Source of the DNA: the human T2T-CHM13v2.0 reference genome, Homo sapiens
NCBI RefSeq assembly: GCF_009914755.1
Contig: NC_060934.1
Direction: 5' to 3' (one strand)
DNA: 64,000 nucleotides
This document shows, one piece after another, positions 29,675 through 41,689 of the stretch. The translations under genes and the position numbers were made by a program. How positions within the stretch are numbered: the first letter of the stretch is position 1; every line of letters starts with the position of its first letter. The notes under the pieces were generated by a model that was not told where the DNA came from, searched no databases, and saw only the letters and a list, made by a program, of their open reading frames with translations.

Positions 29675-29779
29675 GTGAGGCTGCTGTCAGAAAGGAACTT
29701 TTACACAGTTTGCCTTCAGAGACAGTCTATCGGCATGTTGTAGAGTTTTATTACTAAGAAAATAAATGTTACTTACATG
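29675..29779 (+). other. Probable exon 2 (105 nt; 5'UTR or start-codon exon)
   Basis: Acceptor ttactatttttcag|G; consensus donor ATG|GTAAGT; unique sequence; U-rich downstream intron. Confidence 0.75.
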
Positions 29780-30389
29780 GTAAGTTGCCTTTACTTATGC
29801 ATATTTTATAGAAATACTGTCTGTTTACTCTAAAGATTTGTTTGCTTGTATTTTGTTTCTTCAGTTATCATTTTATTTTGTAACTGTCATGTAAAACAAG
29901 TTTGAAAATGGCAGTTTCCTGAAAGGTATAGGGTCTTTTGAAGATTTTCTTACTTCTATTTACTATCTGTCTTAATTTTATTGTTTGTAGTAGAGAGGAG
30001 AACAGGGGCTGTTTAAATATTGGGATTCGTTTTCAAAGTTGGATCACTAGCTTTGCTCTGTCTCTTTCCACTGTAACAGCTGAGAGTTAACATCCTTCTT
30101 GTCAAGTCCTGGCTTCCCTGTAATTCATATAGTGAGCAGCAAAGATGCAGTGTTATTTTAAGGGTTTGATTAACTGATTCAGGAAGAATAGATGGTCATT
30201 TAAATAGTAAAGTATTATAAAACAGAATGAATAATGTTATTAAATAACTTAGAAATGAAAAAAGATAGCTGATTTTAACTTTTAAATATTACCCTATAAG
30301 TATTTGTTGTCAGTTAAAAAAATTTTTTTTTCAAGGAAGATTTAGTAAGTTGATATGACCTGCTGTTTTGTGAGAGGCTTTCTTACTCA

Positions 30390-30700
30390 CATCTAATGAT
30401 GATCTTTTGAGTATATTCCAGCTTCTGACTCTCCTGTGTAGCCAGTGACGATGGGCCAGCCGATGTGCAGGGTGATAGCTTTAGGGGTAACCAGAGGGTT
30501 GGTCACAGCAACCGTCAGAAGATAAATATACTCATGTGCTGCTGACGCACATTGCAAAAATTGGATGGAAACTATGACATGATAATGGTGATTTGCCGAA
30601 TTTTCTCTTAAATAGTTTTGTGCAGCTAAACACAGTGAGAAATAAATGTTGATGTTGAGAGCTGAGTTCAAACAAATTAGTCTCAAATAGAATCCAGGGA
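30390..30700. promoter_or_regulatory. Candidate conserved intronic enhancer
   Basis: Repeat-free with retained CpGs; X-box-like ggttggtcacagcaacc 30497-30513; tgctgacgca; Fox/Sox-like A-rich sites. Confidence 0.4.
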
Positions 30701-31359
30701 TGAGGAACTATAGGCACAGAAAAAAGAGAGGAACAAGATTATCCTTAGATTTGTTTTTTCTTAGTCTTCTTGCTTTTGTCAGCATCAGAATACTGTCTTA
30801 GGTATTTCTGGATGTTTTGCATGGCTCATGTGAGTAGAAGCATAGGATTTCATTGTGGATGACTGAAAAGGCCTACATCTCAGAGCAAATCAAAGTGAGT
30901 TTTAATCTTGGTTATTTGAAATCTCCTTGTACCTGTCTTATTAGGAGTATTATTTTTTTTTTTAAGAAGAAACTAATTTGCAGCTGGCTATAAAGAGTGA
31001 CACTGTGTCTGGGAAAATGCTGTACTAACACACTGTGCTGTCCCACAAGAGTACTTCTCAAGTCCCCAGATGCAGTGCTGACAATCTGTGACAGCCTGTG
31101 AATTGTTGGGCAGCAGTTGGGGAAGATGGACAGCAGAGTGAGGTGGTTGTGTGTAAGTTAGAGGAGGTGGGGAGGGGAAGAAGTGAGAGAAGAGCAGAGC
31201 AGTTTCTAAGTTTTGTGGGCAATTTGAATGGAAGGTGTTTTAGTTGTTGGGTTCTGCTAATACAGCTGTGAAATAAACAGCTAGAAGGTGGGGTGGAAAT
31301 AGTGTATTTCACCTTTCCTTTCAAGGTGTTATTGATTCTGTCATCAAAACTGTAAAGTT

Positions 31360-31667
31360 GCCTGGGCATGGCAGCTCACCCCCGTAATCCCAGCACTTTG
31401 GGAGGCCCAGGTGGGCAGATCACTTGAGGCCAGGAGTTCGAGACCAGCCTGGCCAACACAGGGAAACCCTGTCTCTACTATAAATATAAAATATTAGCTG
31501 GGCATGGTGGTGTACGCCTGTAATCCCAGCTATTCTGGAGGCTGAGACAAGCTATTCCTTGCTTGAGCCAGGCAGGCGGATGTTGCAGTGAGCTGAGATT
31601 GCGCCAGTGCACTTCCAGCCTGGGCGACAGAATGAGACTCTGTCTCAAAAAATCAAATAACAAAAAA
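31360..31667 (+). mobile_element. AluS
   Basis: Full dimer; TSD ~ctgtaa(a/g)gtt. Confidence 0.93.
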
Positions 31668-32113
31668 CCCTGTAAGGTTCTATGTTCTATTGATGAAAGT
31701 ATGGGTTGGATGGAATTAAAACTTTTGAGGAGACTAGAAATACCACATCATACCAGGAAATGAAACTATAAAGGTAAGGGTAATGGGGATAGGGCTTATC
31801 TTTTCCAGGAATTATTATAGTAGTAGTAAGGCCAGTTACCATATTTAGATCCACAATGGCTAGGCCTTTATCTCAGACAAATGTACATCTTGTTATTTAT
31901 TTATTGGATTGATTTGATACGTATGCTATCCGCTGTTACTGTTTTTATAGCAAGCATTGTCAGACATCAAAGACAAGAATTTCTGGATATTATTTGGATT
32001 GTGGAGTGGAATTTAATGTGGGCAAGTTATGGTTCAGTTCTTTCTTTCAGTATGAGAATAGTTATACAAAGTAAATAGCTTTGCTACAATGAACCTTTGG
32101 CTGTAGCCAGACT

Positions 32114-32786
32114 AATATTGGGGACTGAATGTTTGTGTTCCCCCTAAACTCATATGTTGAAATCTGGTCCCCAATGTGATGGTGTTGGAGGTGGGGCCTT
32201 TGGGATGTAATTTAGTCATGAAGGTGGAGCCCTCATGAATGACATGGCTTCCCCTATAGGAAGAAGCCAGGGACCAGGTGCGATGGCTCATGCCTGTAAT
32301 CCCAGCACTTTGGGAGGCCAAGGCGGGTGGCTCACCTGAGGTCAGGAGTTCGAAACCAGCCTGACCAACATGGTGAAACCCCATCTCTACTAAATACAAA
32401 AAATTAGCTGGCCTGGTGGCACATGCCTGTAATCCCAGCTGCTTGGGAAGCTGAGGCAGGAGAATCACTTGAACCCGGAGGTGGAGGTTGCAGTGAGCTA
32501 GGACTGTACCATTGCACTGCAGTCTGGGCAGCAAGAGTGAAAACTCTGTCTCAAAAATCAAACAAACAAACCAAGAAGAAGCCAGGGAGCTAGCTTGCTC
32601 TGTTTCTGCTGTATGAGAATACAATGGGAAATCAACCTACTGCAACCTGGAAGAGGGCCTGCTCCGGAACCAGGCCATGCTGGCACCCTGATCTTGGACT
32701 TCTAGCTATTAGAATTGTGAGAAATTTTTGTTGTTTTTAAGCCACCCAGTCTGTGGTACTTTGTTATAGCAGCATGAACTAAGACA
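32114..32786 (+). mobile_element. MSTD-like MaLR solo LTR containing an Alu
   Basis: gactgaatgtttgtgttccccc...ttgttatagcagcatgaactaagaca. Confidence 0.85.
32271..32575 (+). mobile_element. AluSp/Sq-like
   Basis: TSD aagaagccag on both sides. Confidence 0.93.
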
Positions 32787-32973
32787 ACCAGTTTCTGTAA
32801 GTCTCCAAAATAACACTCTGACTTTTTGCGTCTTCACATGTTGAGTCTATTCTTTCCACTTGTAATATCTCCCCTCAGTTCTGTGTCTGAACTTCTAAAT
32901 CTGTTTCTAAAGGCCTAGCCTCAGTTCCACCCACTTTATGACATTTTCCTCACCCATTCCAAGCCCTTAGTGA

Positions 32974-33346
<373 letters not shown>

Positions 33347-34049
33347 CCTACTTTATAATTTCTACTACCCCAGCAGTGATGTCAATACAATATGTGCACT
33401 TAATAAGTATTTGATGGTAAAAAAAAAATGCCATTGCCTATTGTTAGCTTTTACCCATCTTTAACAATTATCTTTCTCTTTGTATCATAAGAATACTAGA
33501 TAAGAATTCAGTTTAAATACCTGAGCCATGTTCGTTCAGGACATGATTCTTCTTGAAAGCCTTCTGTAGCCCTGTGTACAGGCATTCTGTTCCTTAAAGT
33601 AACGTTGCTTTGAAGATTTTACTGTATTGTAATTATTTGTTATTCTTGGAACTCTAATGAATAAACTTTGAAACTGCATAGAAGAGAAACTCTTAAATTT
33701 ATTAACTTGTTAATGTTTTCTTTGCCTGAAACTTGCTTTTGGTTTCTCAGTTTCTCACCAGGCACATTTCACACCTGCTGGTATAGCTCCAAGGAGGGAG
33801 GTGATAGATACGGAGCTGTAGCTATTTCTCTAACAGACAGACTCTACCTCATTTATAAGTATTCATTTTTGTTGTTACTGTGATTTGGTATTTTAAAAAT
33901 TAAACTGTTCTGTGCTATGCATTTTTACAAACATACATACAAAATAAATAGCTTTGCTACAATGAACCTTTGGCTGTAGCCAGACTAGCATTCTGGGCTA
34001 TGCATTTTTACCCCAACATAATTTTTAGAAGATATGTGTTTTAGTCTTA

Positions 34050-34237
34050 CAGTAGTAGTTAGATGCAGGGACTTTGAAATCCAATCCACGGACTTTGAAA
34101 TCCTATCCAGCACTTGGAAACTGTGTAATCTTAAGTAACTTAAGTTTCAGATTTTTCATCTGTAAAGTTGGGATAATAATGGCTACCTCTTAGTATTGTA
34201 GTTGGGATAAAATGAGATAACATATATGACACTTAGC
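34050..34237 (+). mobile_element. MIR (local paralog of 35660-35885)
   Basis: MIR core ttcagatttttcatctgtaaagttgggataata. Confidence 0.8.
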
Positions 34238-35659
34238 TGAGATTGAGTCTGGTGGCTTCTACTTTCAAAATTTACCCAGTGGTTTATTAGCTTTACTCTG
34301 TGAATCTTAAAGAGGAAAAGAAATCAAGTTTAATGCATGTCAAGGTTGAGGTAAAGCCCCCAAAGCTTTATCCATTTGAGCTCCTTTATTGTCAACTATA
34401 GGATGTCAGTTAAACCCAGAATAGACCCAGGAGAGGAACTAATTTCAAATAACTGTAGAAGCAGACCAACCTCCAGATGTGTATTGAGGGAAAGAAGTTT
34501 TAAGAGGGAGTTTTTTTCTTCTCTCCCTGCCCCCTACCGCCAGTTACATATGCAGAGTAGGAAGCAAACTTTTCTCTCTACCTTTCTATTACATATTATA
34601 TTGCCATTGTTCGGTATATTAAAGCTTTTATCTGACTGCCTTTTGAGGTGGTCAATAATAGGTGCTAACATTAAACTTGGAGCAGTTAAGTCGGTGAGCT
34701 GTGTGGTTACCTTGTCAGTGGAGTGTGAAAAAGACTAAGCTGCGGACTGTTTCCCAGCCTATAAAGCGTGAAATCAGTTGGTGCTGATGCATGACGACTA
34801 TAGCCAGTGTAGTATAAAATAAACTGGGGGCATGAATTGTGTTATGTCGTGAGAAAGACCTTTTCATGCCAGTTTATTTATATATTTTGGGACCTCCAAG
34901 ATCCTACTGGAATCATGTATCTTGTATCTTTTGTTGTCTTGATACTCAGTTTTTTCATGAAATGTTTCTTCCAGTTGTGCAAGCTGTATTCTTTGTCCAG
35001 CTGCAGGCAGAGAGGCAGAGGCAGTAAATATAAATGTCCAAGGCAGAGGCAGACTAATATTAAAATACTGTATTATATTCTGTTTAAGATTGCATCTGAA
35101 AATACCATCTGCAGTTGGTATTTGATGTACAGGTTTCTTCTGTTTTAGACCCAAGATTTGAACGTATACTCTACATTCTACTTTGAGCTTCTGCCAGGGT
35201 GAGAACTGTGTTACCAGTTTCACTGGTTGGTGGTCCCATGTTGAAATGTGCCTCTGGAGAAGGAAAGTAGAGAAGGGCAGCATTTTCAAATGCTTGGAGG
35301 AGTTGGTAGGAAGAAGTATAGAGATTATTCTTATGCGGAATAGAAGAGAGGGTGTTCCTCTCCTGACACCTGGTGAGGTTCTTTACCATATGGCTTTTGA
35401 GGGTGAGGCAAGGTGAATGAGGAAGTTTCAGAGACAACAGTGAATTATTGTCAGCCTTTTTAAGTCTGGAAGGTTATTGGAAATAGGCATGCCATGAAAG
35501 CATTAAAGATCTTTCATTCTTATCTTACTTGGTTTTCTCCTTTTACGGCAGCAGTCTTTGAACTCTTTTTGGTTGTTTTGCAGTTACATGGATTCTAAGC
35601 AAATTGTGAATATTTATGAAACTAATGCATCATTGTGAGACCATTCTGCTGAATATCAG

Positions 35660-35885
35660 GCAGTCTAGTCTAGTAGTTAAGTGCAGGGACTTTGAAATCC
35701 TAACCAACACTTAGAAGTTGTGTGATCTTTAGTTATTTAAGCTTCAGATTTCTCCTATATAAAATTGGGATAATCATAGCTATCTCTTAGTACTATAGTT
35801 GGAACCAAATGAGATAATGTATATACAATGTTTACCACAGTCCCTGTCATGTAGTAAGCACTCTGTAAATGGTAGCTGATTATTC
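35660..35885 (+). mobile_element. MIR
   Basis: MIR core and tail catgtagtaagcactctgtaaatggtagctgatt. Confidence 0.8.
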
Positions 35886-36695
35886 TTCTTTCTCTTCCTC
35901 TACTACTACTAAATCACTGCTCTACCACTACTTCACTTTTGCTTGTAGGGCCTAAACTGTAATGAAACAGAAAACACAATTAGACATGGTTCATCGCGGC
36001 AGATTTTGAAAAATATGTCATTGTTCTCTTGGGCATGGCTTAATAGTTCTTTCTTAACTAAGTAGAAACTATAAAAAGACTTTTTAAAATGAAAGATAAG
36101 AATCTTTGTCTTGGTTTAAGATAGCTTTGCAAATGAGTGTACAAAACTAGTTATTCTAAAATGTATTTGCTTAATGCAAATAAATCAGCCTTTATATGAG
36201 CTTAGGGAATATGTAAAACTAACAGCTCGAAGAATTGTCATTCCTTATTACTCACCTAACACAACCTTTTTTTTTTTTTTTTTCGGAGTGAGTGCTTTTT
36301 TTTGGGAATTGTTTGAAGTTTTTTTCTTGTGCCAAGAATAGTCACAGTAGAAGTCTTGTCCAGTGTATGAGGCACATTTTTGGGGGAATGGGATGGAAAA
36401 ATCACCCTGATCATTTATCCTTAATGGTAATGAGTATTAGTGTGGATAATATATTTGGATTTGATGTGCATTATGTGATTATTTCTTCAGCACAATTAAC
36501 TTCCTGATTAAACTTTGCTCAGCGTATATTGTGAGCATATACTCGGTGGAAAACTGATAATACTGCTATAATGGTGGTAAAACTGCTAGTTTAGTTGATA
36601 GACAATCTGGGTTCTGGTCTTAGTTACTACCACTCTAATAGTCTTAGATAAATCCCTCAACCAGATGATTTTCAAAGGCTCTTTTCAGCTATAAG

Positions 36696-37005
36696 CTTTT
36701 TGTTGGTTTGTTTTGAGACTGGGTCTTGCTCTGTCACCCAGGCTGGAGTACAGTGTCACAATCATAGTTCACTGCACCCTCAAATTCATGGGCTCAAGCA
36801 GTCTCCCTCCCTCTCAGCCTTCCAAGTAGTGAGGGTTACAGGTATGTGCTACCGTTCCCAGCTAATTTTTTATCTTGTTTTAATTTTTTAGAGACAGAGT
36901 CTTGCTAAGTTGCCCAGGCTGGTCTTGAACTCCTGGCCTCAGGCAGTACTCCCACCTCGGCTTCCCAGAGTGCTGGGATTGCCTGCGTGAGCCACTGTGC
37001 CTGGC
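36696..37005 (-). mobile_element. AluJ
   Basis: TSD ttcagctataag at 36684-36695 and 37006-37017. Confidence 0.93.
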
Positions 37006-37049
37006 TTCAGCTATAAGATTTGAAGATAGGTATGCAGGTGGCTTAGAAA

Positions 37050-37094
37050 CTGGGAAATGTAGTAGTGACACATTTTGGCCACCAGAGGGTGAAG
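37050..37094 (+). promoter_or_regulatory. Adjacent ZNF143 and CTCF motifs
   Basis: ctgggaaatgtagt 37050-37063 (reverse complement ACTACATTTCCCAG); tggccaccagagggtga 37076-37092. Confidence 0.6.
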
Positions 37095-39929
37095 TCCAGT
37101 CATTGAAGTTGTGCTCTGTATTTGACCAGAATGTGGCATTCTTGGAAATGAAGAGGACACATTGACCCTCTGTTCATTTAGGTTAAGTCATAGAGCCTCT
37201 TGCTCTCTGATTCTGCTTTCACTTATTATCTTTCTAAAACTTTCTGGGTAGGGCTGGGGCAGATACTAAAGAAAGGAGAAGAAAGGAATAGAGGTATCTA
37301 ATTGTCAGCTATTCATCCAATTTTGTTCTGTAAGATAGTGAATAGCTTTCAGATGACCTATGGGCAACCTTGATGGGAAGCACAATAGTATATAGGTCAC
37401 CACACTTAATTATTTGTGGCCACCTTCCTTCCCCAAAACACATAGGCATGCACACAACACTTAACCCTCATTGCCTTCACTCTCTCTGAAATTCCAAGGA
37501 TGAAAACAGAATGTCTGAGAAATATAGTAGCGTGAGCACAGCCCTTATAATTGTAACCAAGGTTCCAGTCTTGCATTGCCACTTAATATCTGTGTAACCA
37601 CAGACATTACAATTTTGAATTCTCAGTATCTTTATCTGAAAAACTAGGATGTTGAATTCTGACCTATACAATCCCTTTCGGTAAGTCTAATTCCAAGGCT
37701 CTGTAAAAATTCTTTAATGTTTATTTGAAGGGCAGTGCTATTCTTAATACAACACTTTAATAAAGTAGTATCTTTAAACAATAGCATGTTCTTTTTTGAT
37801 AGAAACAGAGCTCTAGATGTTGTTAAGGCATAGATATTAAAGAAGTAAACTATCATGACATCAAATAGAAAGACAGTTACTGCTCCACCGTGGCATTTTT
37901 TTGGCCCCATAAACAAATACAAACTAATTCTCTGTGAATATAGGCTCAGGATAGCAGTGGTTCAATCAAGAGGGGCCAAGACTAGGAGGAGCCAGGCCAA
38001 GCTGATTTCGGGTATAGTTAATAGTGAAACATTATGAGAAGAAGTCATTTGGGGATAAGTAAGCTTAGCAAAAGAGAGCATGTAGGTTCTGGGAACCTAT
38101 GTCATGAAGCTGGAGTCAGAATCCATTTCTTCCAGCCACACCAGTGGAAATAACTTTGACACAACATTCAATTATACAAGTCCAAGTTGCTGTCTGAGAG
38201 CTCAGGATGATAAGATGGAAGGAACAAGGAAAGGCACGGTAGACAAGCTGAGATGAGTGTCTAGAATGTGATAGAGCAAATGGACTCAGAAGTGTGCTTG
38301 TGAAAGCAGGCAAGGATTAGTACTTACTATTATGTTTAATATGTATGCAAGAGAGTAGAAGCCAGTCAGGCTGACTGGGTAGAAACAACATTTTAGGATT
38401 ATGTTCAAAAGATAATTTTAATCTGTCCTAGTTTTAATCGCTATCCTTGGTGTTGGTAGAAAAGGTCTATTTGGTATGTCTAAGGCTCTACACATGTTTG
38501 AGGCTAGTGATTATATCACTGACAAACTCTAGGTTGTTTGATGATTCTAATAGCTTTACACTCCACGGGATATACACGTATTCACAGATCCGCTCACTAC
38601 TGCTGCAGAGTTCATTTCACAGAAATGAACTGGCTAGTAAAAAATTTGGCAGGCAAACTAGCTTTTCAAGTAGCTGCTAGGAATGGAGCCCAGCTATTCC
38701 CTTTGGGCTTGAGCTGTTGGAATTCATTGGGTTAGCAGCTAGAAAGAATGAAACTGTAACATTTTTAGCGTGGTTCATGACAGCAAAGCTGAGGTGTTAG
38801 GATTTCTGTTCTAGAGGTTTACACTGCAAGTAACTTAACTTGATTGTGTGTCTTAATATTACTGGGCTTCTGACCGCTGAAATATGGCTTGGATCGATGG
38901 TGGTTTGGAGAAAGTAGAAAGAGGGCTATCCATCATCTGGAGGCTCCATAGAAGCTGGCTGATAATGCTGCTTTCACCAGGCAGCCATCTGTCCATCCAT
39001 CCATCAGTAGGATGAAATGAGATTTAGCGGAACAGGCAGCCGTAACTCTGAAATACTTTCTAACCAACAATTGCAGCCCTGGCCTGAGTCTGACCACAAA
39101 GCACAGCACTGGGGTTTGGCGGGATGTGGCAGCAAGTGCAGTCTCCTTCCCGTCACTGCCAGCCTAGTATGTATTCAGTATGAGGCTGTAGCCCAAGCTT
39201 ACTTCCCATACAAAATTTGACTAAACTTGGGATGACAAGTAGACAGAAATAGTCTTTCAGCTCCAGACTAAAAATTTTACAAGTTGAGCAGACCCTTTCG
39301 GTGGGGAATTTTTTTGCTTAACACTCTGGGTACTTACAGTAATTCTGTCATTGTGGTACTTAGGGATGAGGTAAAGGTAATTTACTGATTTCATTTTATA
39401 TAAATTCTTGTTTTTCTTAAATCAAAATTTTTACCTAGATTGTTAGGTTGCAGAAATGGAATTTTCATTCTCTTATTTCTTTCTTCTCTCTTTGGTGGTG
39501 CTAATATGAAAGGAAAGAAAATGTAGATGGGGAAATGGGTAAAAAATTCGAAGCAAGAAAATGGATGATCCCTAAAATGGACAGTTAGGCTCTGAATAAT
39601 TGGTTGTGTACCATGTCTTCCTGGTTCTTTTGCAGGAACATTGAGCCTTCTGAGAGAGCCTCTTAGTGTAGCTCTGTGCTCATGTTGCCTGTCCTGGTAC
39701 CATCCCTAGCCATGGCCAGCTTCCTTGACTGCTTTCTCTCACTGATCACTTTAGACCTCAGCTCCTGCTCTTTGTTCTGAAACCTTGCTTTTCACTTCAG
39801 ACTGGGGGAGGGGTAGAGGGAGCCTAATGTACCGGAGATGCTTCGGAAATGAGAGCCTTGGATGAATTCCTGGGCCTATTGATCCACCGGCAGTTTATGC
39901 ATCCTGACATTCATAATCTCAGTAGGCTG

Positions 39930-40270
39930 CTGATGTTCCTGATTAATGGGCCCAGGGGCTGTCCATCCGTCACTTCGCATTAATTACTGAAGAGGTGTTT
40001 TTCCAGTGATTTACCTGACAGCGGGCTGTGATAAATACCCCTAAGCAGAGTGGGCAGTGATTAATCACAGGGCCACACCCCTCCCCCTACTCTTTTTTCC
40101 CCCTAACCACAGGTTAGCATTGGGACCTGACCAAATAGTGCCCCCTCCCCATAAGCTATCTATCTCCATAATTGCTTGTGGATGCATATTTATTGGGGCA
40201 TGGGGCCTGGCAGATAGCATTCTAGAACTTGTGCCAAAGATGATGAAAAATAAATCTTCCCAATAGGAAG
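39930..40270. promoter_or_regulatory. Candidate developmental enhancer (PBX-HOX/MEIS motif cluster)
   Basis: TGATTAATGG 39940-39949; TGATTTAC 40007-40014 then TGACAG 40016-40021; TGATAAAT 40029-40036; palindrome GTGATTAATCAC 40057-40068. Confidence 0.65.
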
Positions 40271-40579
40271 AGTATCTAACGTGTTTTTACATGGGGCAGA
40301 GAAGTGTCTGTGAGCTGCGTGTATGTTGCTTTTTAAGAAATCTGATAGGAATATTGCCCACCTGCTATGCCTGCACTCAATACTGTAATGGTTGCTTTTT
40401 GAGCTTTAAAAAGAGGAGATAGAACAACTTTTATGTTTGCTATACTTGTAGTATATTCAGGGAGAATATGTGAACAAATATGAGAAATTAGAGAACATTT
40501 CAAAGTACTAATACAATCTTGGGAGAATTGGACTAGAACTTCAGGATTCCATTTCTTACTCTGTGGCCTTAGAAAGTGA

Positions 40580-41260
40580 AATTTAGTTAACTATTTAAGT
40601 GTTTTAATGTTTTTCATGTGTCGGGCATTGTATTCAGCTCTGGAGATACGAAGATGAATTGGGCTGAGATCTCAGGGAACAAATTCTAGTGCCCGTTGCC
40701 TCCGTTTCTCAAAGTACAAAATAAACTTCCAGGAAGTTATTGAATTAATTTAAAATTAGTATAAGATCTAAAGTAATTTAAAATCAGTTCTTACATTAAT
40801 TTTTCTGTGAATATTTATTGTATTCCCAGGGATAAAAGCAGCATATGAAAGATACTATCTGCCCTCAAGAAACTTGTAGAGTGTGAGATGGCATTCATAA
40901 ATGAAACAGTTGAATAAGAATATAAAGGAGTATATAATGAGAGTGATATAACAACAATGAGATGTCTCAGTTTAAACACAACTCATTTAGGAGGGCGTTA
41001 GACATTATCAAGGAGGGCATTTCAGAAGTTGGAAGGAGCAGACAATGAGGCCATCCTGCCCAGAATGGAGACTTTGTGTCTGAGAATGATAGAAGTATTA
41101 TTGAAATTGTAGATTGACACCAAATCATGGAAAATCTTAAATGCAAGGTAAGCCTAGTTTATATATTGTATGCTCTGGTGAATCTAAGGTTTTGAGTGAG
41201 AAAGTCTAGAAAAAAATGTATTTTAGAAAAAATTCTTACATATTGATGTTCGTAATGTTA
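40580..41260 (-). mobile_element. L2 fragments with MIR pieces
   Basis: catgtgtcgggcattgtattcagctctggagatac; ctgccctcaagaaactt. Confidence 0.55.
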
Positions 41261-41689
41261 TTTGGAATTGCCAGATTACCTTGGCATTCTCGGAGCCCTC
41301 TTTTCCTCTGTAGTTCAAAATAAAACCGTTCAAATTAAAAATATAGTTTTCTGTATCTACCCGAGTGCAGTGCAAAGGATTGTGTAGTTCGGTTATATAT
41401 GGAAGAGATGATAGAGTTGACAGTCAAAGGAGACCAAGTTTCTCATCGTTAACGCGTGCAAAGTTGAGTAAGTCAATGAAGTTTTAAGTAATGACTGCAG
41501 AATTAAATTGGGAAAGACTATGGCCTCAAGATTTAAGAAAGAAACCGTCAGTCTTACAGATAACTTCATTAAGGCTATACTGATTATTTCCTGGCTACTA
41601 GACAGGCATATTTTAAAGCCAAGAATCAGAAATTAAAGGGTCAGTGCTGTCAGCTGTATTTTAGCAGGAATTTTAAAGAGATGTCATTT

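Noticed and set aside
34864-35289. 141-aa minus-strand ORF
   Set aside because: Non-ATG start, no domain and no exon structure.
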